DNA of 31,342 nucleotides from Pseudomonadota bacterium (GCA_918234285.1 CAKJXZ020000011.1:1-31342), one strand, 5' to 3'. Positions 1-9,024 are shown, counted from the first letter of the stretch. Program-made: numbers and translations. The notes: generated by a model not told the origin, from the sequence alone.

Positions 1-545
1 ATTTTATACCATTCTGAAACTTTTTTACCGGTATAAAGCAAAATTTCAGCCGCCCGTACAATACGTGTTTTATCGTTCGGGCTCAGTTTCTCGGCAATCG
101 GCATATCGTTCTGCCGCAAAAAATCATACAAAAATGCCAACCCGCAACGCTCCAGACGTTGTTGCACTTCGGTACGTATATTCGCCGGAACTTCCGGTAT
201 CGGTGTCACCCCGTTAATCAGTGCATCTATATACATACCGGTACCGCCGACCACCACCGGCAAACGCTTTTCCGCCCACAATTTGCGGATTTCCGCCACG
301 CATAAATCGAGCCATTCCGCCACATTACCGCGTTTTGTGACATCATAAAGTTCAAACAAACGATGTTCGGCCTGTGCTTTTTCCTCAGTACTCGGAGTGG
401 CGGCAATTATCGGAATATCCTTATAAATCTGCATTGAGTCGCAATTTATGACCACGCCGTTCAGCGCCCGCGCCACCGCAATTGCCAATGCCGATTTACC
501 TGATGCCGTCGGACCGGCGATGATTAAAACCGGATTTTGCTTCAT
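1..545 (-). CDS. miaA: tRNA dimethylallyltransferase MiaA (5' part; runs off the window start)
   Basis: Not in the ORF track. Manual translation from the ATG at 545 gives MKQNPVLIIAGPTASGKSALAIAVARALNGVVINCDSMQIYKDIP, with PVVVGGTGMYI further on. These are the GPTASGKS P-loop, DSMQIY and VGGTG motifs of MiaA. It starts directly after the U32 stop codon. Confidence 0.96.
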   Translation of the reverse strand, partial: MKQNPVLIIAGPTASGKSALAIAVARALNGVVINCDSMQIYKDIPIIAATPSTEEKAQAEHRLFELYDVTKRGNVAEWLDLCVAEIRKLWAEKRLPVVVGGTGMYIDALINGVTPIPEVPANIRTEVQQRLERCGLAFLYDFLRQNDMPIAEKLSPNDKTRIVRAAEILLYTGKKVSEWYK

Positions 546-1955
546 TTATTCCTCCGCCGGACACCCCGCGATAAGTTCGGCAAATTCGGCTTTTTTGCGC
601 CGATACATCTCGGCATTTTCGCCGTTTAAGCCCTGAAACTTGCGGGCAATCACATATTGCGGCAACAATTTTTTGACTTCTGCCACCGGTTTATTCCACA
701 TCTGCGGCCGAATACGGATTTTTTTGCCCTCTCCCGCCGAAACTCGCGGAGTAATCTCGCCGCTTATCGCATCTTCAAACTCGGTCAACGTCAGTCGCAA
801 ATTTTCCATACTGTGCGGAATCAAGAATTCTATCGGCTCTCCCGAATTTATGTAGTTGCGAATTTCAAAAATCGCATCATCGCCCTGCCATTCGACAATT
901 GAGCCGGCAAACAGCCACTCGCCGAGCGTGCGCGTATATTCGTAATTCTGGCTGATATTGGTCAGCTTGCCGTCATGAAAGCCTAAACAATAGCCGCGAT
1001 TCTGCAAAGCATACAAATCGTCCATATACTTGGTATAATCCCAATGCGCGGCGTCCTTATAATAGTCGTCAATAGCCTGGCGATAGGCGCGCGCCACCGT
1101 GCCGGCATAATATTCGGTTTTGTTGCGCCCTTCAACCTTGAGCGAGTCCATACCGATGGCCAGAATATCATTAAGCCGCGGCATCAGGCACATATCTTTG
1201 GAGTTGAGCAAATATCCGCCGTGCTCGTCTTCAACCACCTCATAATATTCGCCCGGACGGAATTCTTCTTCCAGCAAAAATTCAAACGCCGGCGCATTAT
1301 CCTGATTAATTTCCACTTCCTTAATCGTGCCGTCTTTGAGCCGCAGGTGCATTTTATAATGCCAACGGCAACAATGTGCGCATTTGCCCTTGTTGGCACT
1401 GCGATCGGCCATAAAGTTAGAAATCAGACAACGGCCGGAATACGACATACACATCGCACCGTGCACAAAACATTCAAGCGTCATCTCCGGACATTCTTCG
1501 CGAATTTCCTTCATTTCGGCAAAGGTGACCTCGCGCCCCAAAACGCATAAACTGGCTCCCATCGACTCCCAAAACTTGACGGTCTGCGCCGAGCAAATAT
1601 TGGCTTGGGTGGAAACAAAACGCTTTAATTCCGGCGCATGCTCTTTCAAATAATAGAACACGCCCGGGTCTGCCACCAAAACCCCGTCCGGTTTAAGTTC
1701 TTGCAGAGTTTTCACAAATTGCGGCAACTTACGCGCTTCTTCGTTGTGAATATATAAATTGAGCGTCAGATAAATTTTTTTGCCGTTGGCATGCACAAAA
1801 TCAATTCCCTCTTTCAGGTCCTCCAGCGTAAATTTTGATTGCGTGCGCAAACTCATATCCGGAGTGCCGGCATAAACGGCATCGGCGCCGTATAAAATCG
1901 CGGTTTTCAATTTGACCAATGAGCCTGCCGGCAATAATAACTCTGCTTTTCTCAT
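546..1955 (-). CDS. trhP: Peptidase U32 family protein, TrhP/YegQ-like tRNA 5-hydroxyuridine synthase
   Basis: ELLLPAGS, YGADAVYAG, E-C-FVHGAMCMSYSGRCLISN, CAHCCRW, NSKDMC and SLKVEGR motifs. The 469-aa length with a C-terminal beta domain fits TrhP better than RlhA or UbiU/V. Confidence 0.8.
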   Translation of the reverse strand: MRKAELLLPAGSLVKLKTAILYGADAVYAGTPDMSLRTQSKFTLEDLKEGIDFVHANGKKIYLTLNLYIHNEEARKLPQFVKTLQELKPDGVLVADPGVFYYLKEHAPELKRFVSTQANICSAQTVKFWESMGASLCVLGREVTFAEMKEIREECPEMTLECFVHGAMCMSYSGRCLISNFMADRSANKGKCAHCCRWHYKMHLRLKDGTIKEVEINQDNAPAFEFLLEEEFRPGEYYEVVEDEHGGYLLNSKDMCLMPRLNDILAIGMDSLKVEGRNKTEYYAGTVARAYRQAIDDYYKDAAHWDYTKYMDDLYALQNRGYCLGFHDGKLTNISQNYEYTRTLGEWLFAGSIVEWQGDDAIFEIRNYINSGEPIEFLIPHSMENLRLTLTEFEDAISGEITPRVSAGEGKKIRIRPQMWNKPVAEVKKLLPQYVIARKFQGLNGENAEMYRRKKAEFAELIAGCPAEE

Positions 1956-2716
1956 TATTTTTTCACCTCTATTGACGTAGTATACGATTCCAACTTGCCA
2001 AAAGGCGTTTTCTCCGCCTCAACCTTGGCGACAAACGGCGCATTGGCGGTTTCATCGCGCAAAATCCACAAATAAATCGGCACTTTTTGATTAAGTAAAA
2101 ATCCGGCCGAAGCCCCGTTTTGAATTTCCAACATATATTCGCATTTAAGCGCATTTCCGGCAAAATACGGCGTTTGAATATCCTCATGGCCTACCGTTTT
2201 CATATCGGACAGCGAATATTTTTTACCGTTGAACGAATAACGATGCAAATCACAGGTATCGGCCCGCACCACCTGCTCGGTCAAAACCCCGAACAGCGAG
2301 AGCAAATCTATCGAATCATCCAGCTTATCCAAATCCACCAAAGCCGGTTCTTCCAACACCCGTCCGTCACGCACCTTAATCCGCGTTTGCGGCACTCCGT
2401 CTTTATAAGTCAGCTGTTTTGTGCGATGATGCCGACGCGATTGCACTTCATAACCATAATCTGCCGGCTTAAACCTATCTTTACTATATGTTCCGTAAGC
2501 ATGATAGGTACCGGTAAACGGATACAATTTACCGAATGCTCCGGTGGTGGTCAACCGGGTTTTCATATCGTACTTATTGCCGACAAACTTATAAGTAAGC
2601 GATTGCTCGCAGGCATCAAAAACCCCGATGGTAGTCTGCATATTCTGCGTAACCTCGAGCGCTTTGGCCGCAAAAGCCGTTGTCAAAGCCGATAAAAAAA
2701 TTAAAATTCGTTTCAT
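1955..2716 (-). CDS. Exported protein, DUF3108-like
   Basis: N-terminal signal peptide (MKRILIFLSALTTAFAAKA). Beta-rich body with IDLLS, FNGKKY and a C-terminal WI...PFVAKVEAEKTPFG resembling alphaproteobacterial DUF3108. Its stop overlaps the U32 start. Confidence 0.6.
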   Translation of the reverse strand: MKRILIFLSALTTAFAAKALEVTQNMQTTIGVFDACEQSLTYKFVGNKYDMKTRLTTTGAFGKLYPFTGTYHAYGTYSKDRFKPADYGYEVQSRRHHRTKQLTYKDGVPQTRIKVRDGRVLEEPALVDLDKLDDSIDLLSLFGVLTEQVVRADTCDLHRYSFNGKKYSLSDMKTVGHEDIQTPYFAGNALKCEYMLEIQNGASAGFLLNQKVPIYLWILRDETANAPFVAKVEAEKTPFGKLESYTTSIEVKK

Positions 2717-2784
2717 TCTTTAGTCAATCCTTAAACAATTTACCTTAACATAACAGAAAATTTCAGATAATAAAGGAAAAAATT

Positions 2785-3741
2785 ATGGCAAAAAAAGTTT
2801 TATTACTTTACGGCGGATTTTCGGCCGAACGCGAAGTCAGCATTTCTTCTGCCGACGATATCGCGAAAGCGCTTAAAAGCAAGGGTTATACGGTGATTAA
2901 ACACGATTTGACCGATACCTGGCATTTGCTTGATGTCTTACGTTCCGAAAAGCCGGATGTTGTTTATAACGGGCTTTACGGTAACTGGGGCGAAGACGGC
3001 GAAATTCAGGGTTTGCTCGATATGCTCGGCATTCCGTACACCCATTCTGGCGTAAACGCTTCCGCTGTCGGTATGAACAAGCACTTGTGTAAGCTGATTG
3101 CCGCCTATAACGGGGTTAAGGTGGCTCAAGGCGAGAAAAAGACTTATGCCGAATACAAAAAGCACGGCACCAAAATTCCGTATCCGTATGTCATTAAGCC
3201 GGTGGCGGATGGTTCCAGCGTCGGTGTATTTATTATCCGCAATGCCGCCGACACCGCGCAAATCAGTTATCCCGACGAATCGCTCGAGGTATTAATTGAA
3301 CAATATATTGCCGGACGCGAGCTGACGGTTGCCTGTTTTGAGGGCAAGGCCCATGTTGTGACCGAGCTCAAAGCCAAAAACGAGTTTTATGATTATGAGG
3401 CCAAATATACTGCCGGATTTACGCAACACATTCTGCCGGCGGAAATTCCCGACGATGTTGCCGCCACCTGCTGCCGCTACACGGAAATTATGCACAATAC
3501 GCTCGGTTGTCGCACAGTTTCGCGTTGCGACTTCCGCTATAATCCGACCGACGGCGTAGTGCTGCTGGAAATCAACACCAATCCGGGAATGACCTCGTTG
3601 TCGCTGGTGCCGGAACAAGCCAAATACATCGGGATTTCATATGCCGATTTATGCGCACGTCTGGTAGAAAATGCCGCCTGTCGCTGTCCTGAAAATCAGA
3701 GAATTGCCATCGATACCAAAAAAAATGTAAATTGTGCTTGA
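2785..3741 (+). CDS. ddl: D-alanine--D-alanine ligase (DdlB type)
   Basis: GGFSAEREVS, GEDG, KP..DGSSVGV, YDYEAKY, RCDF and LEINTNPGMT..SLVP motifs. SD AAGGA upstream. Confidence 0.95.
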   Translation: MAKKVLLLYGGFSAEREVSISSADDIAKALKSKGYTVIKHDLTDTWHLLDVLRSEKPDVVYNGLYGNWGEDGEIQGLLDMLGIPYTHSGVNASAVGMNKHLCKLIAAYNGVKVAQGEKKTYAEYKKHGTKIPYPYVIKPVADGSSVGVFIIRNAADTAQISYPDESLEVLIEQYIAGRELTVACFEGKAHVVTELKAKNEFYDYEAKYTAGFTQHILPAEIPDDVAATCCRYTEIMHNTLGCRTVSRCDFRYNPTDGVVLLEINTNPGMTSLSLVPEQAKYIGISYADLCARLVENAACRCPENQRIAIDTKKNVNCA

Positions 3742-3766
3742 TTTTAAAAACAAAATTTGCTAAACA
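3738..3766 (+). promoter_or_regulatory. Putative sigma70 promoter of tRNA-Ala
   Basis: TTGATT-N17-TAAACA ending 12 nt before the tRNA. A -10 lacking the final T is common in Alphaproteobacteria. Confidence 0.5.
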
Positions 3767-3778
3767 GGTACAAGCGCT

Positions 3779-3854
3779 GGGGGTATAGCTCAGTTGGGAG
3801 AGCGACAGGTTCGCAATCTGTAGGTCGTCGGTTCGATCCCGATTACCTCCACCA
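3779..3854 (+). tRNA. tRNA-Ala(CGC)
   Basis: Acceptor stem GGGGGTA/TACCTCC with G3:U70, anticodon arm ACAGG-TTCGCAA-TCTGT, GTTCGATC T-loop, A73 and encoded CCA. Confidence 0.97.
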
Positions 3855-3862
3855 ATAAAATG

Positions 3863-3893
3863 AAAGACGGGTTTATACCCGCCTTTTTGTTTT
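3863..3893 (+). terminator. Intrinsic terminator after tRNA-Ala
   Basis: AAAGACGGGT-TTAT-ACCCGCCTTT hairpin followed by a T tract. Confidence 0.7.
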
Positions 3894-3929
3894 AAAACGC
3901 AGGTTCCGCAAATAAAATTCTAAAATTAG

Positions 3930-3958
3930 TTGCAATTTATAAATAAGGAGAATAAAAT
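3930..3958 (+). promoter_or_regulatory. Putative sigma70 promoter of the TM-ASCH gene
   Basis: TTGCAA-N17-TAAAAT. Confidence 0.5.
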
Positions 3959-4052
3959 GGCGAATGATTTAAGAAAACTTATCATTCAGGCAAAGATATT
4001 AACGGACAACACAATAAAATAAATTGTATCCGTGTTGAAGAGGACAACATAT

Positions 4053-4907
4053 ATGAATAAAAGTGTAATGCTAAAAATACCGTTTTATAAGAAGTTGTTG
4101 CTGTTTATAAATTTGGATATTGCAGACCAACTTGTAGTTTTGTTTATGTTATTCGTGCCTCTGACAATTTGCGGATGTATTCTGCAATACTTTTTAATAA
4201 AAAACGGTCACGATACCGATATTGCGTACATGTGTATCTGCACGTATTTCATAACTGTCTTTCTCCTTAGTTTACCGGAAGAAAACATAGAAATAATTTC
4301 CTTAAATGATAAATGTACTCGGATAGGAAAAATGCTGTTCAACACCTTGCTCGGCATTATTTATTTCGGGATTGTCTTACTTTGCGCCATAATACTGCCC
4401 TTACGCCTTATACAACCGTTCATAACCGATGAAAATATATTTTTCTGCATTCTTTTTGCTTACGGAGCCGTTTGTTTTATATTCAGCGCCTGGCTGATTT
4501 TATGGAAATATAAAAACAAGCTGTTTTTAAAACTGCCGGAGATTATAGTTAAAGGCAAGCATTTCCTTAACATTGAAAATGCAGACTTTGTACTGATTGA
4601 AACCCGTCAAAAAAGCATAGAATTCCGCTTGTATGACATAAAAAGGAGAAGATTTAAAGTCGGTGATATTTTACTTTTCAACAATATCGATAACTTAGAT
4701 AAATATCAATATACGGAGATTACACAGCTGTACGTTGCCGAGGATTTTGCCGAACTGTTGCCGCAGATTGACCTCAAAAAGACGGGATATACCAATGCCG
4801 ACGCAATTCTGAATACATTGAATAATATCTACCCGCCGCACAAAAAACTGGGACGAGATGTTGTCGCCGTTGAGTTTAAACCGATATCTTCCGAGCCTTT
4901 TGTATAA
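4053..4907 (+). CDS. Membrane protein (about 4 TM helices) with a C-terminal ASCH (PUA-like) domain
   Basis: The ORF track starts at GTG 4032, but ATG 4053 has a GAGGA SD. Four hydrophobic segments are followed by HFLNI...F.LIETRQKSIEFRLYDIKRRRFKVGDILLF...DFAELL...YP...VVAVEF, the typical ASCH pattern. Confidence 0.75.
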   Translation: MNKSVMLKIPFYKKLLLFINLDIADQLVVLFMLFVPLTICGCILQYFLIKNGHDTDIAYMCICTYFITVFLLSLPEENIEIISLNDKCTRIGKMLFNTLLGIIYFGIVLLCAIILPLRLIQPFITDENIFFCILFAYGAVCFIFSAWLILWKYKNKLFLKLPEIIVKGKHFLNIENADFVLIETRQKSIEFRLYDIKRRRFKVGDILLFNNIDNLDKYQYTEITQLYVAEDFAELLPQIDLKKTGYTNADAILNTLNNIYPPHKKLGRDVVAVEFKPISSEPFV

Positions 4908-4947
4908 TAAAAAAATCCGCCTGAGGAGCTAACCTCAAGCGGAGTTT
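4908..4947 (-). terminator. Intrinsic terminator between convergent genes (best on the - strand, possibly bidirectional)
   Basis: Minus strand reads TCCGCTTGAGG-TTAGCT-CCTCAGGCGGA followed by a T run. Confidence 0.75.
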
Positions 4948-4966
4948 GATTACATAACTGCCGGCA

Positions 4967-5491
4967 CTATTCAACCGGGGCCTCGTAATCTACCTGTTTT
5001 TGTTTGACCTGATACAGTTTCCCGTCTTTGCGGAAGAACGAACCGACCGTCTTGGTTGCGATAGCCTTTCTGTCGCCGCAATTCGAGCTGTAATAGTGGA
5101 TTACCGCTTCGCTGTACTTTCCTTTGTTTTCAAAGGTCATCCAGGGCACCACATCGCCGTAGCTCTTGGCGAAATATCGGCCGGAATACAGGCACTTGCC
5201 GGAATCTGCGGAAAACAGCATAATCTGATACTGTCCGGCCACCTCGCTGGCACAACCGCGGAACACCAGAAGATGAAGCTTCTTGTCATACGACACCTCG
5301 TAGTCGGGGCTCAAAATCTCCACACCGTTCTTGGCAAGGCCGTAGGTCGTCTCGTCTGCTCCCAACCAGTTGGTATAATGTCTGACAATGATCTCACAAT
5401 TACCGCACTTCTTGTAGGTAACCGTTGTTTCGGCATTTGCCGTTAAACACATGCAACAAGTTGCAATCAACACAAAAAATAACTTTTTCAT
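4967..5491 (-). CDS. Orphan secreted protein, 174 aa
   Basis: Signal peptide MKKLFFVLIATCCMCLTANA; beta-rich mature part with several Cys; has its own promoter and terminator. Confidence 0.8.
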   Translation of the reverse strand: MKKLFFVLIATCCMCLTANAETTVTYKKCGNCEIIVRHYTNWLGADETTYGLAKNGVEILSPDYEVSYDKKLHLLVFRGCASEVAGQYQIMLFSADSGKCLYSGRYFAKSYGDVVPWMTFENKGKYSEAVIHYYSSNCGDRKAIATKTVGSFFRKDGKLYQVKQKQVDYEAPVE

Positions 5492-5564
5492 AATGTAAAT
5501 GCACGGGCTTTTACCGCCGCAGGTTTCTTAATAATAAAAACAAATAATTCTTTTTCTGCGCAGA

Positions 5565-5593
5565 AGTTTACCCCCATCATAGACAAAAGTCAA
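5565..5593 (-). promoter_or_regulatory. Putative sigma70 promoter of the orphan secreted protein
   Basis: Minus strand TTGACT-N17-TAAACT. Confidence 0.55.
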
Positions 5594-5644
5594 GCATTTT
5601 TTACAAACATATCTGCCGCGCATTAATGCTGTATAAAAAAATAA

Positions 5645-5689
5645 TGTCATCCCTCTCGCAGCGAAGCGCGTCTGCGAGTCAAGGGATCT
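5645..5689. repeat. REP-like palindromic element (GTCATCCC...GGGATC / CGTC-type)
   Basis: TGTCATCCCT-CTCGCAG-CGAAGCGCGT-CTGCGAG-TCA-AGGGATCT: nested stems with a GCGAAGC mini-hairpin. Single copy in this window. Confidence 0.6.
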
Positions 5690-5823
5690 GACCTTTGCAA
5701 AGCGCTATATTTTTTTATAAATCGGAAGCAATACCTGCGAAGATTTAATTCCCCGTCGTTCTTGAAAAGCACAAAACCGCCGTTATATTTTGCCTATATC
5801 ATTCACAACATAAGGAAAAGAAA

Positions 5824-6750
5824 ATGGCGGAATACAGAACGGACTTGCTGATTTTGGGTTCGGGACCGGCCGGATATACTGCCGGAATTTATGCCGCACG
5901 TGCCGGAATCAGCGCGCTGGTCGTCTCCGGTTCCCAAAAAGGCGGGCAACTGATGATGACACACGAGGTAGAAAACTATCCCGGCTTTGACGAGGCTTTA
6001 AGCGGTGCCGATTTAATGGAGCGTATGCAAAAACAGGCAGAAAATCAAGGAGTACGCATTATTGACGATGAAATTACCGAAGTTGATTTTTTTGACCATC
6101 CGTTCTGCTGCAGTTCCGCCGCCGGCAACTCGTATGTTTCCCGCGCCATTATTATTGCCACCGGTGCCTCGGTCAAATGGCTCGGTCTGCCCAGCGAACA
6201 AAAATACATCGGACACGGCGTTTCCTCTTGCGCCACCTGCGACGGCTACTTTTATAAAAACAAAGAAGTCGCGGTGGTCGGCGGCGGCAATACCGCGCTG
6301 GAAGAAGCCCTATATCTGACTAATTTTGTGGACAAGGTATACTTAATTCATCGCCGCCACTCGTTTAATGCCGAATATGTGTTGCAGCAGCGTTTGCACG
6401 AAAATCGCAAGGTTATCATTATGTGGAACAGCGTGGTTGACGAAGTGCTGGGGCGCGAAAATCCGTTGGAAGTAACCGGCTTAAAAGTGCGCAACGTCAA
6501 AACCGACACGGTTAAATACATCAATGTTGCCGGTGTATTTATCGCCATCGGTCACCACCCGAACACCGACTTGTTCCGTCGCTACCTCAAAATGAGCTCG
6601 ACCGGTTACCTCAAAACCAAAGAAGACGGCTGCACCACCGACATTAAGGGCGTATATGCCGCCGGCGACGTATGCAATCCGTATCGGCAAGCCATAATCG
6701 CCGCCGGTTGCGGGGCCAAAGCCGCCATCAACGCCATCAAAGGATTATAG
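5824..6750 (+). CDS. trxB: Thioredoxin reductase
   Basis: GSGPAG FAD motif, VENYPGF, CATC active site, VVGGGNTALEEA, HRR, AAGDV and YRQA. Confidence 0.97.
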   Translation: MAEYRTDLLILGSGPAGYTAGIYAARAGISALVVSGSQKGGQLMMTHEVENYPGFDEALSGADLMERMQKQAENQGVRIIDDEITEVDFFDHPFCCSSAAGNSYVSRAIIIATGASVKWLGLPSEQKYIGHGVSSCATCDGYFYKNKEVAVVGGGNTALEEALYLTNFVDKVYLIHRRHSFNAEYVLQQRLHENRKVIIMWNSVVDEVLGRENPLEVTGLKVRNVKTDTVKYINVAGVFIAIGHHPNTDLFRRYLKMSSTGYLKTKEDGCTTDIKGVYAAGDVCNPYRQAIIAAGCGAKAAINAIKGL

Positions 6751-6752
6751 GA

Positions 6753-7709
6753 TTATTTGTTGAGTGCACGCCATTTGCGTACATTGGCATTATGTTCTTG
6801 CAAAGTACGGGCAAAATTATGTCCGCCGTTGCCCGACGCCACAAAATACAGATACGGCGTTTTATCCGGATGCGCCGCCGCCATAATCGCGGCCTTACCC
6901 GGCGAACAAATCGGCGCCGGCGGCAATCCCTCATATTTATAGGTATTGTACGGGCTGTCTATAGCCAAATCCCGATAAGTCAGCGCTCGTCCCAAATCTC
7001 TCTCGCCCTTGGTAACGGCATAAATAACCGTCGGATCGGTTTGCAGTAACATACCCTTTTTCAGGCGATTTACAAACACCGAAGCCACTTGCGGACGTTC
7101 CGCCGCCACCCCGGTTTCTTTTTCCACCACCGAGGCCAATACCAGTAATTCTTCCTTATTTTTAAGCGGCAAATCGGCATCGCGCTCATCCCAGGCATGT
7201 TGTAAAGTTTTTTGCATGGCCGCCTGCCCCTGTTCTACGATTTTTTGCCGACTTTCGCCGCGTGAAAAAGTATAGGTTTCCGGCAAGAAATACCCTTCTT
7301 TCGGCATCTCAAAATCGCCGTCAAGCATATCGTTTGCATACAAAATTTCGGCGATTTCCCGCGCTGTCAGCCCTTCGGCAAAAGTAATCTTGCGTAAATA
7401 TACCTTACCGCTCGCCAACAAATCGGCCAACTGTGCCAACGAAATATCGCCTTCCACCAAATATTCTCCGGCCTTAATCTGCGGATACAGCTTATTGAGC
7501 TTAGCGTACCAGACAAAATAGGCCTCTTTATCAACCAGGCCGTTTTGCCGCAACATTGTGGCGATTGCCGCCAAAGAATCACCGCGTTTAACCTGTATAA
7601 TCAGAGGTTCCGCCACTTTTTGCGGCGTATACACGATACTGTTGCAAAATACATACAAAAAAGCTGCCGCCACCCCGATTATGCTCAAAAGTAACAGCAG
7701 CTTTTTCAT
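6753..7709 (-). CDS. mltG: Endolytic transglycosylase MltG (YceG)
   Basis: N-terminal TM, EGYFLPETY, LASVVEKE, LQTDPTVIY, SPYNTY..GLPP.PI and YLYFVA motifs; follows fabF. Confidence 0.95.
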   Translation of the reverse strand: MKKLLLLLSIIGVAAAFLYVFCNSIVYTPQKVAEPLIIQVKRGDSLAAIATMLRQNGLVDKEAYFVWYAKLNKLYPQIKAGEYLVEGDISLAQLADLLASGKVYLRKITFAEGLTAREIAEILYANDMLDGDFEMPKEGYFLPETYTFSRGESRQKIVEQGQAAMQKTLQHAWDERDADLPLKNKEELLVLASVVEKETGVAAERPQVASVFVNRLKKGMLLQTDPTVIYAVTKGERDLGRALTYRDLAIDSPYNTYKYEGLPPAPICSPGKAAIMAAAHPDKTPYLYFVASGNGGHNFARTLQEHNANVRKWRALNK

Positions 7710-7720
7710 AACAACCTCTT

Positions 7721-9001
7721 TTAGTTTTCGTATTTTTTGAAAATCAGCGACGAGTTGGTTCCGCCAAACCCGAATGAGTTTGACATCGCCGCCTTAATCG
7801 GCCGTTTTTTCGGCTTAAGCGGCACTAAATCCATATCGGCAACTGCCTCTTCCGGCTCTTCCAGATTAAGCGTCGGCGGGCAAGTCTGTTCCATAATCGC
7901 CTTAATCGTATAAACCGCTTCAACCGCACCGGCCGCACCCAAAAGGTGTCCGACAGCCGATTTGGTGGACGACATCGACATATTGCCGAGCTTATCGCCA
8001 AACAAACGGCGGACGGCCTGCGCTTCGCCCAAATCGCCGAGCGGTGTAGAAGTACCGTGCGCGTTCACATAGTTAATATCGCCGATTTCCACCCCATGCT
8101 CTTTGGCATGGTCCGCCGCCATTTTCATGGCACGATAAGCACCGTCACCATCCGGACAAGGAGCCGTCATGTGGTGAGCATCGCCGCTCATACCGTAACC
8201 GACGACTTCGGCATAAATATGCGCCCCGCGTGCCTTGGCGTGTTCCAGTTCTTCCAAAACCACGGCACCGGCGCCCTCGCCCATAACAAAGCCGCTGCGT
8301 TTCTTATCCCACGGACGCGAAGCCTTTTCCGGTGCATCGTTAAATTCGGCCGTAATGGCGTGCATACGGGCAAAACCCGACAGCCCCAGCACATTAACCG
8401 CCGATTCCGCGCCGCCGGCCACCATCACATCGGCATCGCCCATGGCAATAATACGTGCCGCGTCGCCGATGGCGTGTGTACCGGTAGAACAAGCCGTTAC
8501 ACAGGAATGATTCGGTCCGCGCAAAGCGTGTTCAATCGACACCATGCCGGAAATCAGATTAATCAGACAGGACGGAATAAAAAACGGCGAAATACGCTTA
8601 ATTCCCACCTCGTTGAACGAAATAGAATTATCGTAAATATTGTTCAAACCGCCGATACCGGAACCCATCATCACGCCGGCACGACACTGTTCTTCATCGC
8701 TTAAGTCTTTCGGCTCATAATCAGCATCTTTGAGCGCATCGTTGGCCGCCGCAATACCATATAAAATAAACTTATCGGCCTTTTTTTGGTCTTTCGGCGC
8801 CATCACGCTGTCCGGATTAAAATCATGCTCGCCCTCGCCCCAAGGCACCTGCCCGGCAATAGATACCGGAATATCCTTCAGGTCAACATTCTCGACCTTG
8901 CGAATAGCTGACTTCCCCTGCATCAGGCATTCCCAGTTATAGTCAACGCCGCGCCCGAAAGGCGACACGATTCCCAAACCGGTCACTACAACTCTTTTCA
9001 T
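7721..9001 (-). CDS. fabF: 3-oxoacyl-ACP synthase II
   Basis: RVVVTGLG, TACSTG, NAHGTSTPLGD, STKSAVGHLLGAAG and SNSFGFGGTN. Confidence 0.97.
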   Translation of the reverse strand: MKRVVVTGLGIVSPFGRGVDYNWECLMQGKSAIRKVENVDLKDIPVSIAGQVPWGEGEHDFNPDSVMAPKDQKKADKFILYGIAAANDALKDADYEPKDLSDEEQCRAGVMMGSGIGGLNNIYDNSISFNEVGIKRISPFFIPSCLINLISGMVSIEHALRGPNHSCVTACSTGTHAIGDAARIIAMGDADVMVAGGAESAVNVLGLSGFARMHAITAEFNDAPEKASRPWDKKRSGFVMGEGAGAVVLEELEHAKARGAHIYAEVVGYGMSGDAHHMTAPCPDGDGAYRAMKMAADHAKEHGVEIGDINYVNAHGTSTPLGDLGEAQAVRRLFGDKLGNMSMSSTKSAVGHLLGAAGAVEAVYTIKAIMEQTCPPTLNLEEPEEAVADMDLVPLKPKKRPIKAAMSNSFGFGGTNSSLIFKKYEN

Positions 9002-9024
9002 ATAAAACCTCGTTTTCAGTTATT

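Noticed and set aside
2720-2734. TTAG-N7-TTAA as a CtrA box upstream of ddl
   Set aside because: One mismatch in an AT-rich spacer is too weak without knowing that ctrA is present.
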